This document shows positions 1-11,333 of a stretch of DNA of 64,000 nt, piece by piece (positions within the stretch are counted from its first letter, which is position 1; each line of letters starts with the position of its first letter). A program made the translations under genes and the position numbers. The stretch lies in NCBI GenBank assembly GCA_000002445.1, contig CH464491.1:3680001-3744000 (forward strand). Reading direction: 5' to 3'. The stretch comes from Trypanosoma brucei. Its lineage: Eukaryota. The notes under the pieces were generated by a model that was not told where the DNA came from, made no database searches, and worked only from the letters and a program-made list of their open reading frames with translations.

Positions 1-1109
1 TAACTGCTTACTACCGTTCTGTTGCCGCGTGACGGAGGGGGAACCACAGGCCTTTTTCCTTTCGTTTTCGTCTTTCCTCTTCATCTGCGTTTTTCCCTCT
101 TTTTCTTTCTGTCTGTGCGCGCGTATGAGGCCGCGGTGATTGACCTTCTCACCCCTGCATGCGAAGTTCCTTTTTTTTTTTTCATGGAGGCAAATCTGCG
201 TACCTTTAATCATTGCCATTATTGTTTTCCTTTGCTTCTCTTTTTGGTACCTTCTTCGCACGAGTGATACTAGCGTTTATATTCATATATATATGAATAT
301 TTTATTCTAACCTCGAAATCCCCTGATGGTGAGAAGGCTAGAGGACATCATGAACTGACGGTAATTTCCTCAGAATAGGGTCTGTAAAAGTCTTGCAAGA
401 TCAATCATACCCATAAGTTTCAACCGATCTGCTATTTTTCTCAACATCATTGCATGGTGGCGTTTGTGTTTTTGCTTCATTTGCCGGTCATCCACTGGCT
501 GCCGTGGCGTTAGTAAACCATGAGAATGATGTTTATGGTATTTAATTTGATTTGGACTGGAGAGTTTGTTCCTCAATCAATGGACCAGACGTTAAGGTTA
601 TGGCACTGAAGTGGAGGCTAATAATTCCGCCACTTAGTACAATGTTAACCACATATGAGTGTGTGTGGCGTATTATTTTCTCGTACATTTTTGTTGTAGA
701 TGCGACTCAATGATGCCTTGCGTGGGGCCCCGCACTGGTTTGAGGAGAAAAGTAAACACAAGAGAAGGTGCATTTGTGATAGCAGTTTTTTTTTGTTTAA
801 ACGGTTGGGCGGCTCCACACGCTGTCTTTTGGGATTCATTAGTATGACTCATAATAAAGAGATGCAGAATGTGAATATTTATGTGTCCTTACTAAGGCGC
901 CGTCGCCAACGGGAGTCCCTAACCGAAATCAGTACAAACTGTATGCGTTGTTATTACGGTTGCGTTGCCTGTAATATTTGTATTATTGTGTTAGGTCATT
1001 TCTGTCCCATTCTGCCGTTCTTATAACCAGCGTACAGTTACTTGTTGGGGTACTTTATATATATATATAATATAGGTCAATAAGTGTATAAATATAGACA
1101 AAGATACAA

Positions 1110-2420
1110 ATGGATGTGTGGGATGCCTCTCTTCCCGGTGCTGGAGCGCGAAGGGCCACGACTATTTTGCAAGTCTATATGAGAATGGGAAACTATAGCC
1201 CGCTTTCCATTCTTGTTGCCGATTCCCTTTGCCTAACTTTTAAATCAGATGGTGCAACAGTGGCTGAACTGGGTGCTTATTTGGGACTTACACAAGATCG
1301 TGTGGAGATCGGCATTAACGGAATGCCAAGGGAGGTGTACTGCACGTCACTTGAGTTTTCCCATGGGGATGAATACGGTGAAAACGAACAGCAGCGGAAA
1401 GATGGAGCAGAAAAGGAATGGGAAGGTACGAGCGGCATCCGGAAAGAGACGCAAGACACCGATGAGGGTGGGGGGATGCGTTACTATATAAATTATGCGA
1501 CGTTTCTCCCATTCGCATACGCCCATGGTTCCCACATGTTGCTAGCTCTCTGCCAGCTACCACTGCCGAAACGCGTGGAAGGTACTGTAAATAGCGGTGA
1601 GCTCAGTAACATAAGCATATCGCCTAATCTCCGCCGTGTGGATTGCCGAAGTGGACTGTGTTGTGTAAATTGCCGGTATTGGATGGGACTTTGGGACCTT
1701 CGCTCAACGATAGTTAAATGCCCATTGTGTCAAGCAGACATACTCGATGGTATTCTTCGTGATATCAGGTCTCGTTACAACAACAAACTTGCTGATGGTC
1801 GGCAGCTGCTGGTTTTTGGTCCCGTGCAACAGCGGCAACCGTGCCCGCAGCAGCGTTCAGGTGAGTCCGCCGAAAACACGAAGGGAAACGCACCGAAAGT
1901 GGGTAGTGATGATACTACAAATTATCCACTCGCACGTGATCCGTTTCTAGTCCAGCAGGCTCTCTTCTTCAAGTTTCTTTACTTGCATCCATTTGTTTGC
2001 GTTAATGTTGGTTCTTTCGCTGTGGATGCTGACGAGGTGATGACTAGGGAAGAGTATGCGCATCGTTCAAAGCACAAGGCAACCGTGCTTGACCAATTCC
2101 GTTTGGTTCACCGGAATCCGTCGGCCATCCGTGTACATTTGGTTGATCAAGTGAAGGTAGACGAGGAAAAATACGCACAGGCTGCAAAAAGGCTGGCGAA
2201 ACGTGTTCAACTTCCTCCGTGGTTGCAATCTGCCGACTTGTCCTCCAGTGCCACCGTTCTCAAGTCACTTTTGGCGCTGCGGCGTACTGAGGAAAGGACA
2301 GGTGGTTCTAAAAGGACTAGAAGGGATCGGGACGTCACTTCCATCGCTTCATACGTTGCAAGGGAGTTTTTCGATGATGACTTCGTGGAAATCCCGCTCC
2401 GCAGGGAATTCTCTATCTGA
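1110..2420 (+). CDS. hypothetical protein with a Cys-cluster (possible zinc-binding module)
   Basis: ATG-initiated 436-aa ORF. Composition is not low-complexity and it runs in the same direction as its neighbours. It contains DCRSGLCCVNCRYW...KCPLCQ (C-x4-CC-x2-C-x16-C-x2-C), which resembles a zinc ribbon or partial RING. I recognise no family. Confidence 0.55.
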   Translation: MDVWDASLPGAGARRATTILQVYMRMGNYSPLSILVADSLCLTFKSDGATVAELGAYLGLTQDRVEIGINGMPREVYCTSLEFSHGDEYGENEQQRKDGAEKEWEGTSGIRKETQDTDEGGGMRYYINYATFLPFAYAHGSHMLLALCQLPLPKRVEGTVNSGELSNISISPNLRRVDCRSGLCCVNCRYWMGLWDLRSTIVKCPLCQADILDGILRDIRSRYNNKLADGRQLLVFGPVQQRQPCPQQRSGESAENTKGNAPKVGSDDTTNYPLARDPFLVQQALFFKFLYLHPFVCVNVGSFAVDADEVMTREEYAHRSKHKATVLDQFRLVHRNPSAIRVHLVDQVKVDEEKYAQAAKRLAKRVQLPPWLQSADLSSSATVLKSLLALRRTEERTGGSKRTRRDRDVTSIASYVAREFFDDDFVEIPLRREFSI

Positions 2421-3024
2421 CACGCTGTTGGTGTTTGTGACATTTCCCTTTCTTGCGCTGACAGTGCTGCATTATTATCGGTAGCGGAAACTGAGTTGAG
2501 AGGTTTCAACCACTTTATTGGCTTCAGTAACCAAATAACAGGCATGTTTGCCACCTTTTTTTTCTCTTCCACCACATTGTTGATCCAACTCCAAAGTTTT
2601 GTGGTGCCGGTGAGCTTCGGCGGGGGCCTCTTGTCGTGTTTTTACATATGGACCCTCACACGCAGTGGAGTGGTGGTGATCCGAACGGAATTCCATTGCG
2701 TTGAAGAATTTGTGAGAGCCGTGTGCCCAGTGGGTTTGACGTTGAAACGATGGAGCAACGAGGACTGGAACCTCGTGAAGTGAATGACCGATATAATGGA
2801 GTGTGCCAACCCTGTTGTGTCATTCTTAAATGCATCAAAACATTGTCTTATGTTCTCGACTGTTCGTGTGCTCAATTTGGGCATGTGGTTGCGTGTCGTT
2901 CATATTAATGAGTGGATAAGAAAAATTGCGTTTCCCCATTTCCTTATTATTATTATGCTCACTCACCTCGCACCCTCTTCCACTTACTGTAACTGAGGCA
3001 TAAAACTCACTCGTTATTTAGTTA

Positions 3025-3060
3025 CATTTCATCCTTTCCTTTCTCTTTCTTTTTTTTGTC
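3025..3060 (+). promoter_or_regulatory. polypyrimidine tract (candidate trans-splicing/polyadenylation signal) upstream of PheRS alpha
   Basis: The run acatttcatcctttcctttctctttcttttttttgtc is almost pure pyrimidine. It lies ~110 nt upstream of ATG 3172, with AG dinucleotides downstream. Confidence 0.45.
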
Positions 3061-3171
3061 GGCCATTCAACCAACTGATTGGACTTCATCTACCGTGTTA
3101 CTGTGACCCTTTTGTAGAGGAAACGAGAGAAAGGAGGAGCACTGCTGGCGTTTACCGTTTAAAGAGGAACC

Positions 3172-4662
3172 ATGAGTACCATGGAGAACACCATTCTGAA
3201 AGCCCTTGTGGGAAGCGAGGTCATTAAATCTGATGTATTGGCTCAGGAACTGGGAGTTGATCACCAGGTGGTCGTTGGTGCCATTAAGTCGCTGGAAGCA
3301 GGTGGTTATGTAACGAGTGAAATAGAGAAGAGACCCACGTGGAAATTAACCGCCGAAGCAATTAAAATTTGTGAGGAGGGAAGCCCCGAGTTCCAACTTT
3401 GGGAACTACTCGCGGCAGGGGAGATGCCTCAGGATGCCGTCGCAGGGAAACTAGGCCGAGATGTCACGGCTGTTGCACTGTCAAATGGTATGAAGACAAA
3501 AACGTTCGTGTTGAGGAAAGAAGATGGAAAGGTAATTATCAACCGCTCTCCAAGCGTGTCATCCTTCCGGGATACAACACGTCTTGTTCTTTCCGACGCA
3601 GCCCGCAACCAACACATTGATCCCAAAGATGGTGACATGCTCAAGAAGCGCAAACTGGCAACACTTGAAGATATAAAAGTGTTTAGTGTTAGACGTGGGC
3701 CCAGTTTCGCTCCAGAGGTTCGTGGAAAGGCCGCCGGGGACCTTACGAAGGAGATGCTACTGGACGGTTCGTGGCGGACGACAGAGTTTAAGGCATATAA
3801 CCTGGCTGCTGCTGGCCGTGAGGTGAGTTGTGGGCAGCTTCATCCTTTACTGAAAGTACGACAGGAATTTCGGGAGATTTTTATGGAGATGGGCTTCCAG
3901 GAGATGGAGACGGACCACTGGGTGGAGTCCTCCTTCTGGAATTTCGACTCTCTCTTCATCCCGCAGAACCATCCTGCCCGTGACATGCAGGATACCTTCT
4001 TCATTTCAAAACCCGCCACAAGCGAACTAAAGCAGCAGGACGTTGTGGAGAACGTGCGGAAGATGCACGAAAAGAACTTTAAGTACACATGGAAGGAGTC
4101 AGAAGCACGACGTAATGTATTGCGTACCCACACAACGAGTTGTTCAGCTTTCTGGTTGCATCACTTGGCGCGCAACTCACCACTTCTACCAGATGGCCGG
4201 CGCGCATTCCGACCAGGGAGGTATTACAGCATTGACCGTGTCTTCCGCAATGAGGAAATGGATCGTACGCACCTGTGTGAGTTTCACCAGATTGAAGGAT
4301 GCGTTATTGATCGCAATATTTCTCTCGCCAACATGATGCACACCTTTGAACTGTTTTTCCGTCGGATAGGTGTGGAGCGCCTACGTTTCAAACCAGTGTT
4401 TAATCCCTACACGGAACCGTCCATGGAAATATTTGGTTGGCACACGCAGCTGAAACGTTGGATCGAGGTTGGAAACAGTGGATTGTTTCGCCCAGAGATG
4501 TTAGTGCCGCTCGGTTTCGACGAAGATGTTACTGTTATGGCGTGGGGGCTTTCACTGGAGCGGCCCACAATGATTAAATACGGCCTCTCAAGTATTCATG
4601 AACTTTTTGGACATAAGGTGGATTTGCGTTTCATCAGGAACTCAAAGCTAATGCGTTTTTAG
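3172..4662 (+). CDS. FARSA: phenylalanyl-tRNA synthetase alpha chain (cytosolic, class II)
   Basis: 496-aa ORF starting MSTMENTILKAL. C-terminal catalytic core has FRNEEMDRTHLCEFHQIEG and WGLSLERPTMIKYGL, typical of eukaryotic PheRS alpha. The N-terminal helix-turn-helix-like region also fits eukaryotic FARSA. A polypyrimidine tract lies upstream at 3025-3060. Confidence 0.9.
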   Translation: MSTMENTILKALVGSEVIKSDVLAQELGVDHQVVVGAIKSLEAGGYVTSEIEKRPTWKLTAEAIKICEEGSPEFQLWELLAAGEMPQDAVAGKLGRDVTAVALSNGMKTKTFVLRKEDGKVIINRSPSVSSFRDTTRLVLSDAARNQHIDPKDGDMLKKRKLATLEDIKVFSVRRGPSFAPEVRGKAAGDLTKEMLLDGSWRTTEFKAYNLAAAGREVSCGQLHPLLKVRQEFREIFMEMGFQEMETDHWVESSFWNFDSLFIPQNHPARDMQDTFFISKPATSELKQQDVVENVRKMHEKNFKYTWKESEARRNVLRTHTTSCSAFWLHHLARNSPLLPDGRRAFRPGRYYSIDRVFRNEEMDRTHLCEFHQIEGCVIDRNISLANMMHTFELFFRRIGVERLRFKPVFNPYTEPSMEIFGWHTQLKRWIEVGNSGLFRPEMLVPLGFDEDVTVMAWGLSLERPTMIKYGLSSIHELFGHKVDLRFIRNSKLMRF

Positions 4663-5396
4663 GTGCAGTACAAGATGTGGAGCATATTGAGGAGGAGAAG
4701 GAGGAAGCGAGGGAGGCGAAAAATGAGTTAAATATGAACAGATGACTACCAGGGGTGGTGTGGAAAGGAAAGAACAAAGGAGGGTGAATATTTGTTGACT
4801 GAATTGGGGAAGAAGTGTGCGATGGGGAACCGGAAGGTGATTGAAGGTTTTATATATTAAAAAAAAAACTCCAAAGGAAAGGTGCTACATGGGCATTTAA
4901 AGTTTTTTTTTTGAGGAGGTGGGAATGCACGAGCAGGGTGATACTTAGAGTGTGGGGCAAATCGATAGAGTAGTGACGGGTCCGATGTGAACGCATCTAA
5001 GGGACAGCACGAGGAAACCAGAATAGCTCGTGTTTTAGTTTGATCAATATGGATGATCGCACGTGACCTGAAAAGGTAAAGAACCCTTATTGACTTGGTG
5101 GCCCATATTATACACGAGGTACGTCGCAGTTTTCTTTCATGTTTGTTGATTCTACTGCGCTTCTCCCAGCTACTCATCAACTTCTTCATAAGGCGGCAAG
5201 TCATTTTGCTTTCTCTTCTCTCTTCGTTACGGTCTTCTTCTGTGCTCATCTGGTTCATCATCCGTCCTCACTCACGGCCAATTTTTCTTTGTTTTTAACG
5301 TTTTAATGGTGTCTGCTGTACTGACGGCGTGCCGTACGGTTCACTTCCCGGATCTCGTTTGTCCGTTTCGAACCATCTGTTGTGCCCCCTGAATTC

Positions 5397-5417
5397 TGTG
5401 TGTGTGTGTGTGTGTGT
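5397..5417 (+). repeat. (TG)n dinucleotide microsatellite
   Basis: tgtgtgtgtgtgtgtgtgtg read directly. Confidence 0.9.
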
Positions 5418-5470
5418 TTTCTTTCGGCATCAACCTTCAATGCCTTTCTTTCATTCCTTCACTTTACAAA
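5418..5470 (+). promoter_or_regulatory. polypyrimidine tract upstream of RPL18a (candidate SL acceptor region)
   Basis: The C/T-rich segment ttttctttcggcatcaaccttcaatgcctttctttcattccttcactttac comes directly after a (TG)n repeat and ~45 nt upstream of ATG 5513. Confidence 0.45.
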
Positions 5471-5512
5471 ATTTGGGACCTTCCCGAAGCATTGGAGTGA
5501 GGAAGTACAAAA

Positions 5513-6052
5513 ATGGTGAGACCGCACCTTCGTCACTACTGCGTGGTTGGGCGCGAGACGCCCTCGGAGAAGAATCCTCAACCCACCGTATACAAATTTG
5601 AGGTTTTCGCACCGAACTTTGTCGTGGCAAAGAGCCGCTTCTGGCGCATGATGCGTGAGAAAAACAAGGTGAAGTCGACTCATGGCGACGTTCTTTCCTG
5701 TAAGGTGGTGAAGGATCGCAAGCTGGCGGCCCGCAACTACAGCGTGGACATTGCATATTACAGCCAACGTTGCGGCTATACGCACATGGTGAAGGAGTTT
5801 CGTGACGTATGCAAGGCTGGGGCTGTAAGTCAGGCTTATAATGACCTCGCCTCTCGCCATCGCGCGCGGTATCACAACATTGAAGTGCTTGGCGTAAAGA
5901 GCATCCCGAACCACGAAGTACGCCGCCTGAACGTGGCACAGTTCCACCCACACAACCTGTCGTTCCCGCTCCTGCAGCGCCGTGTGAAGGCACCACGCAA
6001 GGACCGTGTCATATTTGTGAAGAAGAACTCGAAGCGGGCAGTGGTTGCATAA
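5513..6052 (+). CDS. RPL18A: 60S ribosomal protein L18a (eL20)
   Basis: 179-aa basic protein MVRPHLRHYCVVGRETPSEKNPQPTVYKFEVFAPNFVVAKSRFW... that matches the conserved L18a/eL20 family over its full length. It is preceded by a (GT)n repeat and a poly-Y tract. Confidence 0.92.
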   Translation: MVRPHLRHYCVVGRETPSEKNPQPTVYKFEVFAPNFVVAKSRFWRMMREKNKVKSTHGDVLSCKVVKDRKLAARNYSVDIAYYSQRCGYTHMVKEFRDVCKAGAVSQAYNDLASRHRARYHNIEVLGVKSIPNHEVRRLNVAQFHPHNLSFPLLQRRVKAPRKDRVIFVKKNSKRAVVA

Positions 6053-7080
6053 AGCTGCTATGCGATTGCACACGCTCAGGAATGCTTGTGTCATTTACTT
6101 GTTACTTCTTTCACCTCATTTCCCATGTCATTTTTGTGTTTTTCTGTTTGATTTGACACTCTAACCACAGGTGGAAGGTCGTGCGACCGAATAATTTCCC
6201 CCTTCTTTAATTCCCTTCTGTACGTATAGTGTGCACTTCTGCGGTGACCATTTGAGGAACTTTTCTCTTCCCTTTTTCTTTTTCTCCTACACCCGCTTCT
6301 TTAGTATTAGTAGCACCACATCCGTTTATTTGCTTATTGTCTTACAAATCCCTCCCTTTATCCCCTGCCCCACGTGAGTGTACTCATTCTTAACTTTAGT
6401 TACGCGTTACACCGGGGTTGAAAGAAAGAGTGTTTTCAGTAAAGGAAGGGAGTAACGTCGAGTGGGGAGGTCCCATTGTAACTGATTTTTGGTAGTATAC
6501 GTCGCCGTTTGATTAGGAGGACAACAACTACACAAATAACAAGAAATTAACTGTCGTGGGTCAAATCAACCTTCAGAAAAAAGTTTTCCCCCCCCCCAAA
6601 TTAAACTGTCGGTTCACTTTGACCGTACCCTTTAACTTCAAGTGAGTCGGGTAGGAGGGTTTATTTTCTCGAAACACCCCTCTTAGCGGGGTATTGGACT
6701 GAAATAAAGGGAGGAAAAAAAAACCGAAACTCAAATCAAGAAGGAAATAAAGAAACAAGAAAGAAAAAGGGAAATATCAAGGAGAAAATAACGGGGAATA
6801 AGCTAAAGGTGTTGGTGAAACTAGCGCAATAATATATAATAGGTATAAAATATCTAAATATATTTAATTTTACCTTTATTGCTTGCGCACACTACGTAAA
6901 AAAAAATAAATAAATAGTGAAGTAAACTAAGGAGCAGTGAAGAACAAAACAAAGCAAAAAAGGGATATATCAAAAACAGCGCGGTTTTGTGGTAGATCTC
7001 AGTGCGTTTTCTCACCCCTTTCACAGGTGCGACGCTATACCGGGAGGCTTCTAGCCGTATCTGTGGGTTTTACCCCTTTG

Positions 7081-8235
7081 ATGAAACGGTCGGTGTCGAA
7101 GGTATGGCTCAATGAGGATACTCCAAATGATCCGTACCCGCTTTATGCGCCTTCTCCTTTGCCTCCGAAGCGGCCGGGGACTATTCGCGTTTGGGTAGAC
7201 GGCTGCTTTGATATGCTGCACTTCGGGCATGCCAATGCACTGCGGCAGGCGCGGTCGATGGGTGATGAACTATTTGTTGGTTGCCATACTGATGAAGAGA
7301 TTATTCGGCATAAGGGGCCTCCGAGTATGCGGCAGGAAGAACGATATGAGGCGTTGCGTGCCTGCAAGTGGGTAGACGCTGTCATCGAGGGATATCCATA
7401 CGTCACGCGTGTGGAGGACATGAAGAGGTTTGAAGTGGATTTTGTTGTTCACGGTGATGACATTTCGGTGGACCTTAATGGTCGCAACTCATACCAAGCG
7501 ATTATAGACGCTGGGATGTTTAAAGCTGTGAGGCGGACGGAGTGTATCTCCACCACAGATCTCGTTGGCCGCATGCTGCTTTGCGTGCCGAGTGAGCTGC
7601 TGAGCGATGCAGATAAGAAACTACTTGACAGTGAGGTCGCTAGAAAGCGGGGTCCGCACTATCTGACAACCTCGAGGAAGATAGCGCAGTTCAGTAACAA
7701 ACTAGCGCCACCCGTTGGTGCAACAGTTGTGTATGTGGATGGCGCCTTTGATCTTTTCCATGCAGGGCACATTCGCTTCCTCCAGAAAGCGCGCGCTCTG
7801 GGTGATTACCTTATTGTTGGTATCCACGATGACCAACTGGTTCGTGAGTCGAAGGGAGAGCATTTCCCAATCATGAGTCTCAACGAGCGGGCGTTGGGCG
7901 TACTTTCGTGTAGGTACGTGGATGATGTTGTATTTGGTGCCCCGAGGGGTGTAACTCAAGAAATGATCAAGATACTCGATATCAAAATTGTCGCATGCGG
8001 TACGAGTTCAGAAACACGCAACTGCAAGGGAGCATTTGATGTTTACGAGGTTCCCAAGAGCCTCAATCTATTTAAGGTTGTGGAATCGGGAAGTGATTTG
8101 TCCACAGATATGATTGTTGAACGTGTCGTAAAGAATCACGTGGTTCTTCTGGAACGTCAGTTTTTGAAACACATGAAAGACTCCGAAGCGGAGCTACGAA
8201 AGCCAGATGTGTACAGAAATGTCAGAGAGGTGTGA
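7081..8235 (+). CDS. ECT: ethanolamine-phosphate cytidylyltransferase (tandem cytidylyltransferase domains)
   Basis: There are two CTP-transferase HxGH motifs, CFDMLHFGHANALRQA and AFDLFHAGHIRFLQKA. Each sits in a separate cytidylyltransferase fold, which is the ECT/PCYT2 architecture. The track ORF (6937) begins at GTG inside a purine-rich tract. The first in-frame ATG at 7081 (MKRSVSKVW...) gives 384 aa. Confidence 0.82.
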   Translation: MKRSVSKVWLNEDTPNDPYPLYAPSPLPPKRPGTIRVWVDGCFDMLHFGHANALRQARSMGDELFVGCHTDEEIIRHKGPPSMRQEERYEALRACKWVDAVIEGYPYVTRVEDMKRFEVDFVVHGDDISVDLNGRNSYQAIIDAGMFKAVRRTECISTTDLVGRMLLCVPSELLSDADKKLLDSEVARKRGPHYLTTSRKIAQFSNKLAPPVGATVVYVDGAFDLFHAGHIRFLQKARALGDYLIVGIHDDQLVRESKGEHFPIMSLNERALGVLSCRYVDDVVFGAPRGVTQEMIKILDIKIVACGTSSETRNCKGAFDVYEVPKSLNLFKVVESGSDLSTDMIVERVVKNHVVLLERQFLKHMKDSEAELRKPDVYRNVREV

Positions 8236-8883
8236 ACTTTTATCCTTCGTGAGGAATTTGGCGGTTTGGTTGTGGGCCATTACGGGAGAGAAAGGGTAAT
8301 GCCGGTCTTGCAAAATAGTAGTCCCTTCCTCAAACCAAAACAGATGGAGGGAGGTGCTGTAGGAAGGGGGGAGAATGCTTTTTGTTCGCATCTTACGAAT
8401 TTGTTCATTCTCTACTTATCCATGCAAAGCTTCTCCTTCTTTTTTGATGGGGAAATTCTTACTCGTCCCGGCCTTTCCCTCCCTTTTTGTTTGTGATCAT
8501 GCACAGTCACACAACGGAAGAAACTAAAAGGGATGGATGGAAAAATGGGTGTGACAAAAAGTTGCGTTTGTCCTATACCTTGTTATGGCGGGTTGAAAAG
8601 TTGAGGATGCGTTGTACTAACGTTTTGTTTCACCATTTTCCTTGCCACTCGTTAAAAATGTCTTAACCGCCTGCGATCTTGTCGGTTCTCCGTGGTAGGG
8701 CCCGCGGAAATATTTTCCCGGGCGTTTCACCTTTTTTTTTCACCTGTTTGTTTTCAAAAGAAAAAAAACCACTTTGTTGGTTGTTTACTTTTCTTTTGTA
8801 CTGTGTTTTAACATGCTATCCTTTTTAATACCTCTTCCCGCCGTGCCTCCTATTCTGTTGTTAGTGGCACTTTTATTGTCATT

Positions 8884-8908
8884 GTTATTATTATTATTAT
8901 TATTACTT
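8884..8908 (+). repeat. (TTA)n microsatellite
   Basis: tgttattattattattattattac read directly. Confidence 0.85.
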
Positions 8909-8957
8909 CTAACTAGTTGTTCTGTTCTGCTTCCTGTATTTAGTGAGAGGATCTCCA

Positions 8958-9602
8958 ATGCAGCCCATGGTGCTTCCTTACGTGGACCGCAAGCCACCGA
9001 TTAGCAAGGTTATGGATGCGCGGGTACTGGTGTGGCGGGAGTCGGAAAGAATGCTGAGGAATGGAGAAGGTGCTGCGGAGTGTAGTTATGCACAAAAACT
9101 TCAAGTTCTGCGCTCTCAGCAACTTGCTGACGCCCGAAAATATATGGATACAAGTGCGGCGATGCGGTCCGTAAAACCGGTCTTAGCAACATCATCAGTG
9201 GATGCAGATGACGATGACGAGTTCTGTCGGAAGCGGTCGCGGGAATCTGAAGGTCCATCTGTTGACGAAATCCGCCGCTTTGAGGGGAAACTTGGGGAGA
9301 CGTTGGCGCTAGAGCTAACATTGTGGTCGCTCCGTCGTGGCTCCCACGGAGGTGTTCGGTCTCAAAGGTACACCACCGCCCTTCACGCGCTGCAAGACAC
9401 ACAAAAGCTGCTGAGGAAAACACTTCAACAAATGGAAGAAATCAACGCTCTCCGGTTTCTGGAGCAGCAGCAGTTCTTGAAGGTCAACTCGGAGAAGGCG
9501 CGGTTACTTCATGTTAGGCTGAGAAACGTTCGGGCGTTGGAAAACATACTACGAGGCAATGGTAAACGGCGTGGTTCGACGCTTCTGGCGACTCTTGAAT
9601 AG
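8958..9602 (+). CDS. hypothetical protein, predicted coiled-coil
   Basis: The track ORF starts at GTG 8943. The first ATG is at 8958 (MQPMVLPYVDRK...). It has a charged heptad-like C-terminal half (LQDTQKLLRKTLQQMEEINALRFLEQQQFLKVNSEKARLL). I recognise no domain. It runs in the same direction as its neighbours. Confidence 0.5.
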   Translation: MQPMVLPYVDRKPPISKVMDARVLVWRESERMLRNGEGAAECSYAQKLQVLRSQQLADARKYMDTSAAMRSVKPVLATSSVDADDDDEFCRKRSRESEGPSVDEIRRFEGKLGETLALELTLWSLRRGSHGGVRSQRYTTALHALQDTQKLLRKTLQQMEEINALRFLEQQQFLKVNSEKARLLHVRLRNVRALENILRGNGKRRGSTLLATLE

Positions 9603-10051
9603 TTTATATTGTTATTCTCAATGCCAGCTGGTCGTTTGTTGATGGATGCGTGTTCGCGGGTGGCTCGGCCGGGATGCGGGTCGTTGGGCCTTTGAGTTGA
9701 TACCCAATTATTTGTGTATGTGTGAATATCGTTGGTAATTCTTGTTACCGCTATGATGGATGAGCCAATGCCCTTCTTTACCCCCCGGGTTGTGGGTAAA
9801 TGCATATACTGCCTCTTTCCTTTATTGCACTTTAACTTTGCTACCGTTGTAGGTCACAAAGCATCTTTCCGTAGAGCAGAAAATTTCAAACCATATAAAG
9901 GAGCGCACAATTATAGGCACCTAACCAAGGAAGGACAAGCTTGGGCGAGTAAACAAACAATCTTGATTACGGCCTCTTGCACCCTTTCTTCCTTGTGTAA
10001 TTTTTTTTCTTTGCATCGTTTAGTTCTTTCATTCTTTTTCTTTTGTGAGAC

Positions 10052-11038
10052 ATGCCGCTTGGTCCCATTGTCGTAGCCCCACATGAGGAACACAACATCA
10101 CACTTCCTTCTGGTGATGTATTTCGTCTCATTCTTTTTGGTGGATGTGATGGTGACTTGGTGCGGCGAGGGGAGAAACCGCCTCCGACACTATTTTGTTT
10201 ACATGGCGCTGGAATGAGCTCCTCCAATTTCCACGTATTGGCAACTCATATGACACAACATGCCAAGTCGTCTGCTCATGAGGAGTCACCTTATGCCGTA
10301 CGCGTTGTCACATTTGACATGCGATGCCACGGAGACTCCACGCGACGCGGTGGTGAGGGGTCCCTAACGCTGCAAGTTCTCGTGGACGACTTCAGGGCGT
10401 TGTTAAGAACAGTGAAGGAGTCACTTTTTTCCGCCACACCGCACTTCTATTTCGTCGGCCACTCCCTCGGTGGTTCTGTGCTGGTTCATGGGTTGCGTGG
10501 TGAGGCGGATTTGTTGCAGCTGGCCGCCGGCGTTGTGCTGCTTGACGTTGTGGAGGGTACCGCCCGCATTTCACTTCAGCACATGGATAAGTTTCTGGAG
10601 AACCGACCACGACAGTTCCATGAAGTAGCGGAGGCTACTCAATGGTTTCTTCGGCATGGTGGAATGAATAGCGCTGCATCTGCTGCGGTGACGGTGCCGC
10701 ATTTGCTTCGGAAGGAGGGGGATCATTTTGTGTGGAAATCGAACCTGGAGGCAATGGCACCCGTATGGCCTCAGTGGTTTGACGGACTGGACGAATGTTT
10801 CGTGACACTTCCCTGCCCTAAGATTCTTTGCTTAGCGAGCACAGAGAGGCTTGATACGGCTCTTACTATTGCACAGATGCAAGGGAAATTTCAACTTGAG
10901 GTGCTGGGCAACAGTTGTGGTCACTACGTTATGGATGACCAACCATCGGCTGTGGCTGCGGTGTTGCAACGCTTTATTCGGCGGATAGAGACCCTGACAG
11001 AGAAATTGAAATGCAGCATTCGTAAACCTGTCAAATGA
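10052..11038 (+). CDS. PPME1: protein phosphatase methylesterase 1 (PME-1-like alpha/beta hydrolase)
   Basis: Nucleophile elbow GHSLGGSV. LLDVVEGTA and CPKILCLASTERLDTALTIAQMQGKFQLEVLGNSCGHYVMDDQP closely parallel the PME-1 motifs DVVEGTA and LTIGQMQGKFQMQVL..CGH. Confidence 0.85.
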   Translation: MPLGPIVVAPHEEHNITLPSGDVFRLILFGGCDGDLVRRGEKPPPTLFCLHGAGMSSSNFHVLATHMTQHAKSSAHEESPYAVRVVTFDMRCHGDSTRRGGEGSLTLQVLVDDFRALLRTVKESLFSATPHFYFVGHSLGGSVLVHGLRGEADLLQLAAGVVLLDVVEGTARISLQHMDKFLENRPRQFHEVAEATQWFLRHGGMNSAASAAVTVPHLLRKEGDHFVWKSNLEAMAPVWPQWFDGLDECFVTLPCPKILCLASTERLDTALTIAQMQGKFQLEVLGNSCGHYVMDDQPSAVAAVLQRFIRRIETLTEKLKCSIRKPVK

Positions 11039-11333
11039 GTCGTAGTATTGCAATGACCAAAGCGCTGCTACCGGCGTTACGTTAAATCGTCATCTTTCTT
11101 TCCTGATCTGGCAATGGTTGTTTGGGGGAAACCGTAGTATATGAAGATCAAAGGAAAATAGGAAGATTTCCCCTTCATCTTTAAGGGGCTTCCTTCACCT
11201 TTCTATTTCAGGTATCACATGCGGAGGGTTGAATTTCCCCTGGCTTTGTGTGTATATCTGTGCGCGTGCTGCAAATGTGGAGCCTTGGTGCTGCTGCTCT
11301 CTCGTTCGTTTTCATTGATGCCGTTTACCTGAA

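Noticed and set aside
5459-6094. Minus-strand ORFs of 211 aa (and 181 aa at 5451-5996) antisense to RPL18a
   Set aside because: They overlap a strongly conserved + strand ribosomal protein gene and have no recognisable domains. This is the typical antisense open frame produced by GC-rich codon bias.
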